DNA from: Mobula hypostoma
Lineage: Eukaryota
DNA: 64,000 bases
Reading direction: 5' to 3'
Assembly (NCBI RefSeq): GCF_963921235.1
Contig: NC_086097.1
Location: 227,418,001 to 227,482,000 of the forward strand
Under the pieces are notes generated by a model. That model worked only from the letters and a program-made list of their open reading frames with translations, searched no databases and was not told the origin of the DNA. Shown piece after piece: positions 11,996 through 23,710 of the stretch; the stretch's first letter is position 1; every line of letters starts with the position of its first letter. A program made the translations under genes and the position numbers.

Positions 11996-13407
11996 TTACA
12001 GGGAGAAGGCAGGAGAATGAGATTGAGAGGGATAATAAATTAACCATGATGGAATGGCAGAGCAGACTCGATGGGCCAAATGGCCTAGTACTGCTCCTAT
12101 GTCCTTCTGAGCTATCATCCTGATGAATCTCTCCTGCACTCTTATTATGGCTACCAAATCCTTCTCGGAGCTTGGTAACCCAAACATTACCACTTGCCTG
12201 AAATTCAGTGTCATCTAACTGAAAATCAGTGAAATATGGTTATGACTGTGTTCTGTGGAAAGTTGACTAAGTATTTCCAAGTGTGACTTAGCTTGTGCCT
12301 CTGATTTTGGAGGAATTGCAGTGGAACTTGTTATGTCTGGAAGGACTGTCATTAGGCACTGCAAAGACAGTGTGTTCTTCCCAGCACACTGCTAGACTGG
12401 GAAGCTTATCAGTTGTCAGTCATTTACCATGCATGCTTCAGGATCCCCAATCTAATTCCATCCAATGTTTGGAGTTACAATGATATAATCAAAGATTTGT
12501 CATACGGGCAAAAAATGCAGTGAATAACTGCCAATAGTTGTGTTAATCCTTGAGAGCTATTGTAGAACTGGTGGAGGGTTATGAAATGGCATTAGGTTGC
12601 AGCAACTGGATCTCTCTTCAAAGTTCATTGGATTTCTGTTTACTCAGTCTTTGCGAGACATTGATAGGTTCACACCAATGAGTGTAATGGAAGCTATTAG
12701 AGCAGAACATCTAAGATAGCAGTAAATATACGGTCACACAAAAAATATATATGCACATATATTTGAGTGCAAGTTAAAAGAAACAGCATAAAGTAAAAAA
12801 TTAAATTTAACCATTTATGGCACAATAAAAGAATCCATTCATTTTATCATGTTCACACTGGCCACAATGGAACAAATTGGTCTGCTTCCATTTCGCATCT
12901 TTAAAGCTGTGAGTTCCATACTCCACATTCTTTAGTAAAGAAATTCCTCCATTCCCCGCTAATCATTATATCAATCCATTTAAATCCATAGTCCCTAGGT
13001 TTGGTAGTTTCACTAAGGGAAATAGGATCTTTCTGTTCGCCCTGACTGGGCCTCACATGATTTTCTGTGCTTCATTTACATCACACTCCTAAACACTCAT
13101 CATAATTCTATCAACTTATCCAAAGCCCTGTAAGTCTGCTCTATGCCCCCTCTAGTGCTGTTGCATCCTAGTTGCAGTGGTGTATTGAGGCCTTTAAAAC
13201 ATATAAAATTCCAAGGCAGTTCAACTGGGTAAATGCAGGATTGATAATTCCCCTGGCTAAGGAAGCCAGAACTAAGAAGGTGATCATCTAAAAATAAGTG
13301 ACTGATCATTTATTACAGAATTCAGAGAATAGTGAGTCTTCAAAATTATTCCTTAGATGACTGTGAAGGCCAATTATTGACTGCATTCCAAACAATGATC
13401 AGTATCA

Positions 13408-14040
13408 GAACTAGGCAGGAGGAGAAGATGACGGCGCAACGCAGCACGCGTCGCCTCTCCGGTGAAATGATAACGTATTTGTAAGTAGGATACCGTGCAC
13501 AATTCTGATTTGATGATGACAGACGTGAGAAGCAGAGGAACATCTGGAGAAATTTCTGAAATGCCCGGTTCACTGCCGCTGCTACTGTGCGATGGAGAAT
13601 CTCCGGAGAAAGCCCCCAAAATCCCCGGCTTTCCCTGCTGCTGGCAACCGAGGCTGAGGTCGAAGCGTTTGGCAGAGATGGTGCTCAGTACTCAGTGTCG
13701 GAGGGCTGATCAGAGCTCGAAGCTTTTGGACAACTCAGGGTCGGACTGTGGTCAGGCATGGCAAGGAGAATTTTCTTCCTTCTCCCATCTGCGTGAGATG
13801 TGGGACTTTCAAGAGACTTTGAACTTTTTACTGTGCCATGGCCTGTTCTTCATCAAGTTATGGTATTGTTGCACTGTTGTAACTATATGTTATAATTATG
13901 TGGTTTTTGTTAGTTTTTCAGTCTTGGTCTGTCCTGTGTTTCTGTGATATCACACCGGAGGAATATTGTATCATTTCTTAATGCATGCATTACTAAATGA
14001 CAATAAAAGAGGACTGTGTGTCCTCATAATCTAATCTAAT
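13408..14040 (+). mobile_element. ~630-bp non-autonomous retroelement (no tRNA head seen) with LINE-like 3' end
   Basis: CpG-rich 5' part with aagatgacggcg (13425-13436); AATAAA at 14002-14007; hairpin gaggac-tgtgt-gtcctc at 14009-14025; (taatc)n tail; it splits a decayed CR1 3' remnant. Confidence 0.65.
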
Positions 14041-16576
14041 ATTTCTGATGATAAAAGAATTAAGTGATATGGGGATAGAGAGGAAAATAGTGCTGGAGGT
14101 GGGAGTCCAACCATGATCTTGTTGGATGCTAGACAATCTAGAGCAGACTCAAGGCTTCCTCCTCCTCCTTCTCGTGTTGTGTTTTTGTGTTGTAGAAAGT
14201 AAGCATTCTACATAAACAACGTATCTACCAATTCCACAGCCTTCAGGAGTCCGCAGATTTACACTCCAGATTCTTCGTACTTTTCATTTATTCGCTTGCT
14301 TTATGTGCCATGCCCAAATATATTCTCTCAAACTTCTCAAGGATCACTTTTGGTTGGCATATTTGTGCGTATTTAACCAGTTTTGCTGTAGATTTGCACA
14401 TCCATATTTCACAAAAAGCAAAGGAACTGATATTGAGCTCTGCAGAATCACATTGCACACAGCCTTCCGGTTACCAAAACTCCTGAAAACATTATGCTTT
14501 TCTTTATCTGTTGAATTTTTAATTTAACATGCCACTTTCCCTGAATGTGATGGGCTCTTACCTTCCAGATCAATTTACCATATGATACCAAATCTCTTGC
14601 TAAAACGTATGTAAATGCATCAAATTACCCCCACCCCTGTCTCCTTCTAAAAACTTCCATGCTGGAAGTTGTTTTTGACCAACTTGTGCTTCTCATAATG
14701 CTGATTAATGCTCCCCTGGGATTTTTTTTACAATGATTTACCCATTGTCAGTGTACAGCTGACTAAATCTTACTGATCTATCTCTTTCTCCATTTTTACC
14801 CCATAGCACTGATCCTGTGCTATTTGTTTCATTGCTTCTTTTGAGAACCTAGGAAACATATCTTTTAAACAGGTATTATGATTTACCCATTTTTAAAGAA
14901 CCTGGCCCCCTAACATATCCAGTCACAAATAAAGAGATCCCATAAATAAATTATTGATATTATTATCATTATTCATGTTATTCACTGGATAACATTTTCT
15001 CATGAACTTGCAGATGTTTCTTTTCACAAATAAAATCTCAATTTTAAAATTATGATGGATGAAAAGTATACCATAGTATAATGGATCCTAAGTCAATGCT
15101 CTCATTATAAAAACATATAAAATTTGTTGAGCCTTAATTGGAAACTCATCTGTGATGCCATCAAAAAGACAACCTCCTTCTATTCAGATCAGAGGTAACA
15201 TGTAGATTTTTATTCTCTGCATCAAAGAAGATTAAATACTTTAACTGGATAACTTCACAGTGATGGACCTCTGACTGGCTGACATTTTCAGTTATAAAGT
15301 TCTCCAGCTATAGTATCACATATCAAATCGAGGGTCGTTCCTTTGCTTACCTTTCATACTATTGATGATGTTCTTGAAAGAACTAATCAAACAAAACCAG
15401 GCTTTTCCATTTTTTTTTGTCATTACAACTTTTCTTTAGCAATGATAAATAATTAAAACAACATTAAAATTTGTCACAGCAAGCTACAATTTTTTTCCTT
15501 TTGACAAATATATTTTTCCTTACTGTCCATGGGAGAGCTGCTTTTAATCTAGAGGTATTATCATATCCAATCTACTGTGTTTGCATTTTAGATAGAGTTG
15601 AATTTGGCTTCATCTGTCTATTCTTTCCTAAAAGGGGCTTTTCAGTTTTGTCCAACATCAAATTTAACTTAACAGTCTATAATTTGAATTATCTGTGCAA
15701 ATGTATTCTGCATTTGAACCTGCTGCCATATGTGACTTGAAACTTGAAAGAGATGTATTTTGGTTGAGTTCTGAGATAGATTCTAACATGCCAAAAATTA
15801 TTAGTTAGTAACAAGCACTTGTCATCGATTTCTCCTTCAAATAAATTCTCCAGGCTTCTTCTGTCCTGAAGCCAATGGCAAATTCCTAAGTAGTCACTCA
15901 ATCACTTCAGAATGATCTTAATTTAATGCCAATAAGTATGTTCTACGAAGACCATTGAACCTTTTTAATGTTGATTTCACTGTTGACGATACTTGCTAAT
16001 CCTTGTTTTGCTTTCCACAAGAAGAGAAAATGTGCTTGTTTGTCTTCTTATCTCCAAACAGATGTTATTAAGTTAGATATCATAACTTATCTTATTTTAT
16101 TATACCCACTCCAACAGAAGAATTTTTTTCTTGTAAAGTGCTATACCACACAGGATATTACATTCTGCTTGGCAGTTGTTATAAGAGATGAAATGCAGCT
16201 GCATAGGTCACTGAGCATACCTTCTTAAACATTCTTGAACTAGCTAGTTAAACAAAACAAGGAAGACAGTATTTAGCACAGGCTCAGCTGCATTTAAACA
16301 AGGTCTTTTAGTCCTTGGATTACAAGGGCACTGTTTCCTTTGGCATAACATTAAATACCCATTATATTCGCTTCACTAAAAGAGCTAAAAGAAACAGATG
16401 GGGAAAATACAGCTATTTTAATTAAGAACAAAGACACTTATCCCAATAAGTACCATGCTAATATTTAAGTCAGATAGTATGCTGTTTTAACTGTGTTATA
16501 CTGGAGTAATGTATCATAACTACCATGCAACTACATAATATGCAGCTATGACCTTTCATGTCTAAGTGTCTAAATG

Positions 16577-16880
16577 TTCTTCTTAGACAGTCCATGAGGA
16601 TTGAGGATGCCTTATTTCTTCTCTGAATTTTTGGGTTCTGAAGTGTTTGATGAGGCCAATGCAGAACTACTGACTCTTTCACAGACGGGGCAGGAGGATG
16701 CTGGCAGCAAGCAACAGTTCATGCAGAGTTACTGTAGGGTTCCAATGCACGGCTTCAGAACTCTGAATGCCGTCTGAAATGTTCCATCTACACCCGGAGC
16801 AGCCATGGGTCAGGCATTATTGGAAAAGGATGTTGCCTTTTCTTAAGGAGGCTTCAAGAGCATCCTTGAAATTTTCTTCA
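16577..16880 (-). mobile_element. Decayed RTE-clade LINE 3' end
   Basis: Minus strand gives FKDALEASLRK (RTE C-terminal-like); terminus reads ttcttcttagacagtcc..gaggattgaggatg on +. Confidence 0.5.
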
Positions 16881-16933
16881 GTCATCCCTTTGAAACTTTG
16901 ACCTATCACCTCATGGCTTCAGGCATTATTTCC

Positions 16934-18155
16934 ATTCACTCTTCAAAAAGGCAACAATTATACCAGTGCCTAAGAAGAAGAACGTGAGCTGCCTTAATGA
17001 CTATCACCCAGTAGCATTCAGATCTACAGTGATGAAATGCTTTGAGAGATTGGTCATGACTAGACTGAACTCCTGCCTCAGCAAGGACCTGGACCCATTG
17101 CATTTTGCCTATCACCACAATAGGTCAATGGCAGATGCAATCTCAATGGCTCTCCACACAGCTTTAGACCACCTGGACAACACAAACACTTATGTCAGGA
17201 TGCTGTTCATTGACTATAGCTCAGCATTTAATATCAGCATTTAATACCATCATTCCCACGATCCTGATTGAGAAGTTGCGGAATCTGGAACTTTGCAATT
17301 GGATCCTTGACTTCCTAACCAGAATCTGTGCAGATTGATGATAACAGATCCACCTTGCTGACAATCAACACTGGTGCACCTCAGGGATGTGTGCTTAGCC
17401 CACTGCTCTACTCTCTATATACACATGACTGTGTGGCTGGGCATAGCTCAAATACCATCTATAAATTTGTTGACGATACAACCATTGTTGGTAGAAACTC
17501 AGGTGGTGACGAGAGGGCGTACAGGAGTGAGATATGCCAACTAGTAGAGTGGTGTCACAGCAACAACCTAGCACTCAATGTCGGTAAGACAAAAAAGCTG
17601 ACTGTGGACTTCGGGAAGGGTAGGACGAAGGAACACATACCAATCCTCATAGAGGGATCAGAAGTGGAGAGAGTGAGCAGTTTCAACTTCCTGGGTGTCA
17701 AGACCTCTGAGGATCTAACCTGGTCCCAACATATCGACGCAGTTATAAAGAGGGTAAGACAGCGGCTATACCTCATTAGGAGTTTGAAGAGATTTGGCAT
17801 ATCAACAAATACACTCAAAAACTTCTATAGTTGTACCATGGAGAGTATTCTGACAGGCTGCATCACTGTCTGGTATGAAGGGGCTACTGCACAGGACCGA
17901 AAGAAGCTACAGAAGGGTGTTAATCTAGTCAGCTCCATCTTGGGCACTAGCCTATAAAGTACCCAGGATATCTTTAGGGAGCGGTGTCTCAGAAAGGCAG
18001 CATCTATTATTAAGGACCTTCAGCACCCAGGGCATACCCTTTTATCACTGTTACCATCAGGTAAGAGTTATAGAAGCCTGAAGGCACACACTCAGCAATT
18101 CAGGAACAGCTTCTTTCCCTCTGCCATCCTAAATGGACATTGAATCCTTGGACAC
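16934..18155 (+). mobile_element. Rex1/Babar-type LINE RT and C-terminal region (its 3' tail resumes at ~19955-20008)
   Basis: [54 protein letters not shown]; a 13-bp tandem duplication at 17221-17246 shifts the frame. Confidence 0.93.
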
Positions 18156-19954
18156 TTGACTGGTTAGTATTCAAGGACTCGGCAGCTAACCTCGATGAGT
18201 ATGCCTCAGTTGTCACAAACTTTATCTGGAAATGCACAGAAGGCTGTGTGTCTCGCAAAACGATCTGGGTATCCCCTAACCAGAAACCTTGGATAAATTA
18301 TGAGCTCCAGTCCCTTTTGAAGGCTAGAGCTGTGGCTTTTAGGTCCGGGGATACCAGTCGCTACACGGAATCCGGGCATGAACTCCGGAAAGCCATTAAG
18401 GGCACCAAGAGGCAATATCGAGCCAAGTTGGAAGCCCAGGCTAACCAGAAGGATGCCAGTAGACTATGGCAGGGTCTAAATCAGATCGCTGGGTGCAAAA
18501 AAAAGGCTGGGAATATCAATAACTGTAGCGGTTCTCTTCCTGACTAACTTAAAATATTCTACGCAAGATTCGAACAGAAGAGGAGCGTCCTGCCCTCTCC
18601 GGATGAACTGGACCTGGTAGCATCGAGATTCATCATTATCGAGGAGGACGTTAGAAGGGCCTTCCTGAAGATAAATCCAAGGAAGGCGACGGGCCCAGAT
18701 GGTGTCCCAGGACGGGTTCTCCGGGCCTGTGCAAGTGAGCTAGCTGGAGTGTTTGCTGCATCTTCAACTGCTCCCTGCTTCAGTCTAAGATCCCCTCGTG
18801 TTTTAAGAAGGCAATGATAATCCCAGTGCCGAAGAAGAGCAAGATGGCATGCCTGAATGACTATCGACCTGTGGCTCTAATATCAATTGCTATGAAGTGC
18901 TTCGAGCGATTGGTTATGGCACACATCAACTACAGCCTACCGGTCAACCTCGACGCTTTGCAATTCGCCTACCGGAGCAACAGGTCAACAGCAGATGCCA
19001 TCTCTCTGGCCCTACTTTCCTCCTTAGAACACCTGGAGAATAAAGATGCGTATGTAAGGTTCCTTTTCATTGACTACAGCTCTGCCTTTAATACCATCAT
19101 TCCAAATAAACTGATTCCTAAGCTCCGGAACCTGGGTCTTAGCACTCAGATCTGCAGCTGGATCTTCAGCTTCCTCACAGCCAGGAGCCAGGCTGTAAAA
19201 ATAGGGGACAAGCTCTCCTCTACAATCACTCTGAGCACCGGTGCCCCACAAGGCTGTGTACTCAGCCCCCTGCTGTACTCACTGTACACCCATGATTGTG
19301 TAGCCAAGTTTCCATCAAACTCAATATATAAGTTTGCTGATGACACCACAATTGTAGGCCGTATCTCCAGTAATGATGAGTTTGAGTACAGAGAGGAAAT
19401 TAAGAACCTGGTGGCATGGTGCGAACACAATAACCTATCCCTCAACATCAGCAAGACGAAGGAATTGGTTGTTGACTTCAGAAGGAGTAACGGACTGCAC
19501 GACCCCATCTACATCGGTGGTGCTCAGGTGGAACAGGTCAAAAGCTTTAAGTTCCTCGGGGTCAATATCACAAATGACCTGACTTGGTCCAACCAAGCAG
19601 AGTTCACTGCCAAGAAGGCCCACTGGTGCCTTTACTTCCTGAGAAAGCTAAAGAAATTTGGCCTGTCCCCTAAAACCCTCAATAATTTTTATAGATGCAC
19701 CGTAGAAAGCATTCTTCTAGGGTGCATCACAACCTGGTATGGAAGTTGCCCTGTCCAAGACCAGAAGAAGCTGCAGAAGATCATGAACACAGCCCAGCAC
19801 ATCACACAAACCAATCTTTTATCCTTGGACTCACTTTACACCGCACGCTGTCGGAGCAGTGCTGCCAGGATAATCAAGGACACGACCCACCCAGCCAACA
19901 CACTTTTTGTCCCTCTTCGCTCCGGGAGAAGGCTCAGGAGCTTGAAGACTCGAA
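18156..19954 (+). mobile_element. Second Rex1-type subfamily nested in the 3' region of the previous copy; RT domain open in ORF 18814-20265
   Basis: [72 protein letters not shown]. Confidence 0.95.
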
Positions 19955-21391
19955 GAACTACTTCTGCTAAGTTAACAAATTTCTCGTCACATGCTGGTGA
20001 TAATAAACATTTTGGCCAGACTACCAAGGTGGTTATTGTTGCCCTTCTTGAAAATTATGCTGTGAACTATTATGGTCTTAATAGGAGAAGGCAACAGAAT
20101 GAAGCTGAGAGAGATAATAAATTAGCCATTATAAATTGGCAGGACAGACTCGATGGGCCGAATGGCTTAACCTTTGCTCTTGGGTCTCATGAGATCTATT
20201 ATATCCCCCTACAAGAGAAGGCAGGCTTATTTAAACATCTCATTGAAAAGGCAGAATACCCATAATAACGGGCAAGTAAAATATTTTTAGAATTAAAACT
20301 AGTATACTGTACTATGTTTTTCTTCCCATCCAACACCTAACTTCGTCAGATTGGGAGTCTGCTTTTGGCACAGTAATTATGCTGTGGACTGACACCAATT
20401 ATCAATATAATGTAACAATTGATGTGTAGGTCAGATGTACAGCACATTTTCATGGGGCCTTTATTTCACTTCAGTTACCACTTCACCTCCTAATCTCCAG
20501 ACTCAGGACTGTGTGGACTGATAATAAGGGCAGCTGGACTTGGGAGAGAATGAGGCTCTTGTCTCTCCAGATGGCAACACATTCACCCCAAATGAACCCT
20601 TCACTGCCCTGTGACCTTAACAATGAAAAAACAACTTCAAGGAAACATATGGGACTCGTGCTACCTAAAGTAGAGCCCCTTTGATCTCCAGGGCCTCTCT
20701 TTGATACTCAGCCGACACCAACTCCCACCACAGGGAATGCATGACAAGACTCACCGCTTTATTTGTGGAGGCCGAACACAAAAGTGCTAACAGAAGGAAG
20801 AACACTATGGGAATGCACAGTAGAATCTGGCAGGGCAAGGCTGAGTAAGTGAGTTTACATTTTAAGGCCCATTTTCATTTCCTGAACTGCCCTTTCCCTT
20901 GTACTATTTCTCCTGATTCACGTTGATGACTCTTAGCCCTAACCCTATCTCATCACAACTTCTTCAGTACTTTCAGACATTTTAGACATTTTCAGACCCT
21001 TCTCCAGACATTTTGCTTGTCAATCGTCCAACATAGAATGAAATGTGTATGAGCAATTATTGCCGCCTGTCAATTTGTCTTCATGTCTATTGAGGTGGAG
21101 TCAGAGCATTGTGATCTCAATAGCTGATCTCATTATGAGCTGTTCTCAGCCTCATATTTATTTGATCACCAAAATTGCTAAAATCAGCCTTCCTATTATT
21201 GCCTATCTCCATTATTACCTTCCCCACCTATTCTTGAAGCCTTCATCCAAGTCAAATCAAGTTCAATCTATAGTCAAGTGCACGTACACCTACAATGAAA
21301 ATCTTGCTTGCAGCAGCATCACAGCTACAGAGGTTTAAATTATACCAGAACCGTTTGTGTCTATACCTCCAAACTTGACCACTTGAGTTTC

Positions 21392-22110
21392 TATGTAAAA
21401 TGCTGGTGGAACTCAACAGATCAAGCAACACCTGCAGAGATTTATAAACCATTGATGTTTCTGGCAGAGACACATCATCAGGACTGGAGAAGAAGGGGGG
21501 AAGATGCCAGAATAAAAAGGTGGGCAGAAGGAGACGAGGGCAAGCAAAAAGGTGACAGATGAAGCCAGGTGTGTGGGGGAGGAAGGATGAAGTAAGAAGC
21601 TGGGAAATGATAAGTGGAAAAGACAAAGGGCTGGAGAAGAAGGAATCTGATAGGAGAGGAGAGGTCATCATGGGAGAAAGAGAAGAAGGAAGGGCACCAG
21701 GAGGAGGTGATAGGTAGGTGAAGTGAAGAGGTAAAAGGCCAGAATGGGAAAATGAAGAAGAGAGAAGGGGGAGCAGAAAAACTACCAGAAGTTAGAGAAA
21801 TCAATATTCATGCCATCAGGTTGAAGGCTACCTAGATGGAAAATAAAGTGATGCTCCTCCAACTTGAGAGTGGCTTCATTATGGCTGAAGAAGAGGCCAT
21901 GGACCGGCATGTCAGAACCACCCCCCGCCCCACCCACCTTCCTTTACCCAGTCTCAACCTATCACCTGCCAGCTTATACTCCTTCCCCACCTCCTTATTC
22001 TACGTTCTGCCCCTTCCTTTCCAGTGCTGCTGAAGGGTCTCAACCTGAAATGTTCATTCCCTCTTCACAGTTGACTTGCTGAGTTCCTGCAGCATTGTGT
22101 GTGTTGCTCA
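21392..22110 (-). mobile_element. Decayed Penelope-like 3' fragment (GIY-YIG C-terminus and pLTR) with an inverted partial pLTR (~21925-22110)
   Basis: Reverse-complement similarity to 46480-47000; minus-strand CTGATGA..GAAAC core at ~21449-21487. Confidence 0.78.
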
Positions 22111-22324
22111 TAATTTTCAACTGTTGTGAATGGAATAAAGTCTGTGCTTCTCTTGTTGAGACATTTGGGATTACTCTGTAGTTTAGAATGGCCAGTTGGT
22201 GCCATTATTTAAAATTATTCATATTTAGAACCATGAAGACAATCTCATTGATGAATGAGTGTGTATTTCATACTTGAAATGTTCTCTCCATGGTGTATCA
22301 TCATGACCATTAAATAGCAATCTG

Positions 22325-22995
22325 ATTCAAAGTTCTAAGTACATATATTATCAAATGCATATATGTCACCATATACAACCTTGAAACTTATGTTCTTGTG
22401 GGCATTTCAGCAACTCTATTGAATAGTAATGATAACAGGATTGATGAAAGAGCAACCAGAGTACAGAAGACAACAAATTGTGCAAATGCAAATATAAGTA
22501 AATAGCAATAAATAATGAGATAATGAGATAAAGAGTCCTTAAAGTGAGATCATTGGTTGTAGGAACATTTCAATGATGGGGCAGGTGAGTGTAGTTTTCC
22601 CCTTCTATTCAGGAACTGATGGTTGAGGAATAGTAATTGTTCTTGAACCTGGTGGTGTGAGTCCTGAGGCTCTATACCTTCTACTTGATGGCAGCAGCGA
22701 GACCTGGATGGTGCAGATCTCAGATGATAGATGCTGTTTTCCTATGACAGTGTTTCATGTAGATGTGCTCAATGGTTGGGATGGCTTTACCAGTGATGTA
22801 CTGGGCCAAATTCACTACATCTTGTAGGATTTTACGTTCAAAGGCAATGGTGTTTCAATACCAGGCCGTGATGCAGTCAATCAATATACTCTCCACTACA
22901 CATCTATAGATGTTTGTCAAAGTCTTAGATCTCCGCAGACATCTAAGAAAGTAGAAATGCTGCCATGCTTTCTTGGTAATTACACTTATGTACTG
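22325..22995 (-). mobile_element. Rex1-type LINE 3' fragment
   Basis: KKAWQHFYFLRCLRR..YRCVVESILIDCITAWY; same tail as 45580-45980. Confidence 0.85.
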
Positions 22996-23121
22996 ATTCA
23001 GATATTGTGTACACAAGAAAATCTGCAGATGCTGGAAGTCCAAAGCAACCCACACAAAATATTGTGAAGTGCCTTTCTTGCAAATGCATTGGCTGAAATG
23101 TTTAACAACATATGAAAATTT

Positions 23122-23710
23122 TTCTGGTAATTTGCAAACATCTGTAAGTTGAGGGAGTGAAAACATTTCCTGATGGTGGGTATAAAGCTGCAGTTTATTA
23201 ATGGGATTCATTATGTATGTGTTCATTTAATGACTCTCTCGTGGATGTTATCACAGTGTGTTGCATGCTTCACAACATTGCCAACTGTAGACAGCAACCA
23301 ATGCCAGGAAGCGTTGGAGTTGTCTGAACCAAAAGGGCAGTGATAGGAAGTGAGAGGTAGAAGATTTAGATGGGGTCTGAAGGGGAGTTCTTCCACACAG
23401 AGAGTAGTTGGAATCTGGTGTGCATTACCTGAGGAGTCACGGTGAAAGATATTCTCACATCTAGACAATCTTTTTATTCACTAAAACATAAACCAAATGC
23501 AGGTCAATGGAACAAGTACAGATATATACATACATCAGAGGCTAAACACAAATAATTGCTTCCTAAAAATGGGAAAAATGGAATTCTTCTAGTGATTTGC
23601 AAACATCTCTATGTTGAGGGAGTGGATTACTTTCCTGATGTTGGGCATAAAGCTGCTGTTTATTAATGGGAGCTATTATGTATGAGTTTATTTGATGGCT
23701 TTCTCATGGA
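23122..23710 (+). repeat. Direct repeat pair of 124 bp (23122-23245 and 23587-23710)
   Basis: Ungapped manual alignment, ~21 mismatches (~83% identity). Confidence 0.9.

Noticed and set aside
13495..13947. 150-aa ORF
   Set aside because: Lies within a GC-rich repeat, starts at GTG, and has no domain features.
14540..15400. Possible L1/Tx1 remnant
   Set aside because: Too degenerate to support by eye.
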